This document shows positions 61,590 through 64,000 of a DNA stretch of 64,000 bases, in pieces. The notes under the pieces were generated by a model. The model did not search any database. It saw only the letters and a program-made list of their open reading frames with translations, and had not been told where the DNA came from. The DNA is from Alphaproteobacteria bacterium (GTDB taxonomy: Bacteria; Pseudomonadota; Alphaproteobacteria; Rs-D84): assembly GCA_017524525.1 (NCBI GenBank), contig JAFXVM010000014.1:5680-69679 (forward strand), in the 5' to 3' direction. Positions within the stretch are counted from its first letter, which is position 1. The number at the start of each line of letters is the position of its first letter. The position numbers were made by a program, and so were the translations under genes.

Positions 61590-62147
61590 TCAATAGTAAA
61601 CTATAAATTTTAATTTCCAGTTGCTGTTGTTTATATTCACTGGATTTGCGTCAGTTTTATGGAATACCCAAATGTCTTGACCGCCAATAAAAAACCTGAC
61701 GTGCAAAGCACCGTTTTGAATATAAGTGTTAACCCCTGGATTTGCAAAAGTTCCCACACCAAAAGCGCGCACTTCGTCATCTATGCTGTATCCAGCTTCT
61801 GGCGATAAACATACCAATACGGCTTCGGCGCGCGCGGGCAAATACGCATAATCAAATTCATAATCAAGATATGCCGAATTAGATAAAATCAAAGCATCAC
61901 TTGTCAAAGAATTAACACTGTTTGGTTGGTATGTGGCAAACAATGTATTCCAAAAAGTATCTGGCACAGAACTTATGTCAAACTCAGGTATACTGTCTTG
62001 ACGCGACAGTGCAAAACCACCCAAAGTTTCACCGTCGTGTACGCGCAAAGTTTTATTAGTTGTATCAAAAGTTATTTCACCAGCCAATCCAGTAAAATTA
62101 TCATTTTGTGCGGCTGAACCGCGACGAATCTGCAGAATTCGTGTCAT
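61590..62147 (-). CDS. phage tail-fibre-like protein with an Mtd_N-type N-terminal domain (185 aa)
   Basis: MTRILQIRRGSAAQNDNFTGLAGEITFDTTNKTLRVHDGETLGGFALSR parallels the N-terminus of Bordetella phage BPP-1 Mtd (VQFRGGTTAQHATFTGAAREITVDTDKNTVVVHDGATAGGFPLAR). Confidence 0.6.
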   Translation of the reverse strand: MTRILQIRRGSAAQNDNFTGLAGEITFDTTNKTLRVHDGETLGGFALSRQDSIPEFDISSVPDTFWNTLFATYQPNSVNSLTSDALILSNSAYLDYEFDYAYLPARAEAVLVCLSPEAGYSIDDEVRAFGVGTFANPGVNTYIQNGALHVRFFIGGQDIWVFHKTDANPVNINNSNWKLKFIVYY

Positions 62148-62184
62148 ATTAAAATCCTTTTTGTTAAAAAATAAATGTTTGGAA

Positions 62185-62213
62185 AATAAAAAAAGACGGT
62201 AAATCACCGTCTT
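62185..62213 (-). terminator. intrinsic terminator between the large unknown ORF and the Mtd_N gene
   Basis: Minus strand reads aagacggt-gattt-accgtctt followed by T7. Confidence 0.65.
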
Positions 62214-62250
62214 AATCTGTGCAACATTATACCACAAATCAACGCAAAAA

Positions 62251-63999
62251 TCAAGCTGTTCGGAGTGAGCCAAAGTTTTTAATATAATTATCGGCTGTAA
62301 TTTGTGCTTCACTTGTTTTATCTTTCCAGTTTTCTAAAAAGTTTTCGCGTTTTACTTTCATGCTACCCAATGCGAAAGAGTGTGTTTTTCCATAGGATTC
62401 TAACATATCCCAATAAGCAATTAAGTCATGAATTGTGTCTGGATTGTCTTTTCTCCATTCATCAGGATCTGTTTCCAATTTATGACGTTTAGAAGCATCT
62501 TCATATAATTTAATATCTTTCTCTAAATCATCATGCGCTGGTCCTGCAGGCATAAGCCCCAAGTCTGTTTTAGCCACTTCTAAATCCGCATCATTAGCAA
62601 TCACACGCCCAGATAATCCGCCTCCAGCAGCCAATGTAGTTAATTTTAATGTGACATTACGTTTGACGTTTTCTGCCACAAGATTAGCCCGTTTATCGGC
62701 ATCGTTCTTTGCCCATTGTTCATATTCGCCCTTTAAGTGCTTATATTTGCCAATGTTGTTGCCAATTTTTGTTCTGCGATGTTGAATAAAATTATGCACG
62801 GTGGTCGCAGCCAATCCTGCACCACGTATCGCCAATCCCAAAGTTTTATCAATGGCACCAGTAACAAATTTAAGTCCTTCGTTTTTATTCCAAGATAACT
62901 GGTCATCAGAAAAGATTTTCATATCTTTGGTTGCTTCTTTCAAAGACTCGTATGTTCTGCTCATGGTTAAGCCATATTTTGCAACGGACAACACTTCAAG
63001 TGCTGTTTTTGCTTTGGCAGTTTCCCCTTCTTTGGCAGCAATAGTGATGATATACATTGCAACTTGTCTAAGTTGATGGCCGTTTCTGAGTGCACCTTCA
63101 TAAGCATCTGGTATTTGCTCTTTGATTGTTCCCATGGTTTTTACAAACCAATCGAAATGCTTTTTAGTCACTCTATCAGAATCTACAACCCCACGTAATT
63201 TTGAATCGTCTTTTTTATTTATGATTCCATCAAGTCCTTCGGTCGGTTTAACTCCCGCCTTGTCTAAACCTTTCATTATATTTTGGGAAAATGGCGAATA
63301 GAAAACCCTTGCACCACGGTTGTGGTCAAAAAAGCGTCTAAAATGGTTTTCATAAGTATCGTTTTTCCATTTTTTTATTTTTTGAGGAAAATTCTTTACA
63401 TCCACAGGATCTGGTGGAACATAATCATCTGATTCTTTGTTTTCATAATCTGTATCTGCAATAGCAGATTCCAACGCATCTTTGATAACAGAGTTATAAC
63501 CAGTTTTTTCTAAAAATTTGGTTCTTATGGTGGAACTAGTTAATAATTTATCAAAAATTTTTTTATAGGCATTAGTTTTAAACCAGCCTATGCGTTTAGT
63601 TTTATCCGGAATTTCATACCACTTTTTCGGATCATCTTTATCAAAAGGAGGGGTATATAAAGCGGTTAATTCAGCCGATGTCAAATGAACAGTTGGACCG
63701 CCACCTGGTCCTCCGGGACCAGCCATATTATATCCGACGGGCGTGCCACTGGGCCAGTATTCATCGTCAGGTGGTACTTCGGAACCAGGTTGTGGACCGT
63801 AATTGGTTATATAATTAACAACAGATTCAATTTTATCTCTGAATCCGTCTTTATCTTTATCAAAATCACCATCCTCTAACTTTTTACAAAAGGTGTCGTA
63901 TTTCATATTTTCATTAAATACAGACGGTAATTTGTTTTCAAAACGCGACTTAAGAACAGAACGGTTGTTCTTTAAAAAGGTACCAAGATTTTTAAAGAC
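62251..63999 (-). CDS. large hypothetical protein, probably N-terminally truncated by the window edge
   Basis: The track gives 551 aa from the ATG at 63906. The frame stays open to nt 63999 and no SD precedes that ATG. Contains a GPGGPGGGP tract. No catalytic motif recognised. Confidence 0.5.
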   Translation of the reverse strand, partial: VFKNLGTFLKNNRSVLKSRFENKLPSVFNENMKYDTFCKKLEDGDFDKDKDGFRDKIESVVNYITNYGPQPGSEVPPDDEYWPSGTPVGYNMAGPGGPGGGPTVHLTSAELTALYTPPFDKDDPKKWYEIPDKTKRIGWFKTNAYKKIFDKLLTSSTIRTKFLEKTGYNSVIKDALESAIADTDYENKESDDYVPPDPVDVKNFPQKIKKWKNDTYENHFRRFFDHNRGARVFYSPFSQNIMKGLDKAGVKPTEGLDGIINKKDDSKLRGVVDSDRVTKKHFDWFVKTMGTIKEQIPDAYEGALRNGHQLRQVAMYIITIAAKEGETAKAKTALEVLSVAKYGLTMSRTYESLKEATKDMKIFSDDQLSWNKNEGLKFVTGAIDKTLGLAIRGAGLAATTVHNFIQHRRTKIGNNIGKYKHLKGEYEQWAKNDADKRANLVAENVKRNVTLKLTTLAAGGGLSGRVIANDADLEVAKTDLGLMPAGPAHDDLEKDIKLYEDASKRHKLETDPDEWRKDNPDTIHDLIAYWDMLESYGKTHSFALGSMKVKRENFLENWKDKTSEAQITADNYIKNFGSLRTA

Positions 64000-64000
64000 A

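Noticed and set aside
61590-63999. Diversity-generating retroelement, suggested by the Mtd_N-type protein.
   Set aside because: No reverse transcriptase, no template/variable repeat pair, and no C-type-lectin-like VR end are visible in the window. This cannot be excluded beyond nt 64000.
1-64000. CRISPR arrays, rRNA genes, IS elements or transposases, integrases, and restriction-modification or other known defence genes.
   Set aside because: Scanning intergenic regions and ORF translations showed no regularly spaced repeats, no rRNA-like sequence, and no DDE, tyrosine- or serine-recombinase or methyltransferase motifs.

Overview
AT-rich bacterial chromosomal segment from a Gram-negative organism, shown by lgt, a BepA-like M48 protease, an MsbA-like exporter and three beta-barrel OMPs ending in Phe. 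Ribosomal proteins L28, S21 and L33 and ParC look alphaproteobacterium-like. PPDK, acetate kinase, class III anaerobic RNR (NrdD/NrdG), a 2x[4Fe-4S] ferredoxin and a U32 peptidase suggest an anaerobic, probably host-associated lifestyle (inference). I support about 55 CDS and 4 tRNAs (Ser-UGA, Thr-UGU, Leu-CAA, Ala-UGC). There is no rRNA, CRISPR array, transposase or integrase. Three small genes missing from the ORF track were read directly from the sequence: a ferredoxin (16383-16562), rpmG (56464-56643) and an NrdD glycyl-radical peptide (39472-39651). The stand-out content is a dispersed four-gene family of secreted proteins between 25.8 and 46.4 kb (960, 523, 328 and 1978 aa). They share a leader and a C-terminal Listeria-Bacteroides (flg_new) repeat unit. 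In the two giant members the core is built from eukaryote-like cysteine-rich modules of two alternating subtypes. Other notable points: (1) nrdD is split by a single in-frame TAA, so the glycyl-radical motif lies on a separate 59-aa ORF with its own SD; (2) the tRNA-Ser and tRNA-Leu genes are each followed by duplicated copies of their own 3' ends plus flanking sequence, including a 1.4-kb integrase-less islet and a duplicated ~160-nt element with compensatory stem changes; (3) a zeta-toxin-like P-loop kinase is co-transcribed with one canonical and one serine-less ACP-like protein; (4) an OMP and glycine-zipper protein cluster; (5) a phage Mtd_N-type tail-fibre-like gene behind a large unknown ORF at the right edge. 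All functional calls rest on motifs I recognise by eye. No database search was run.
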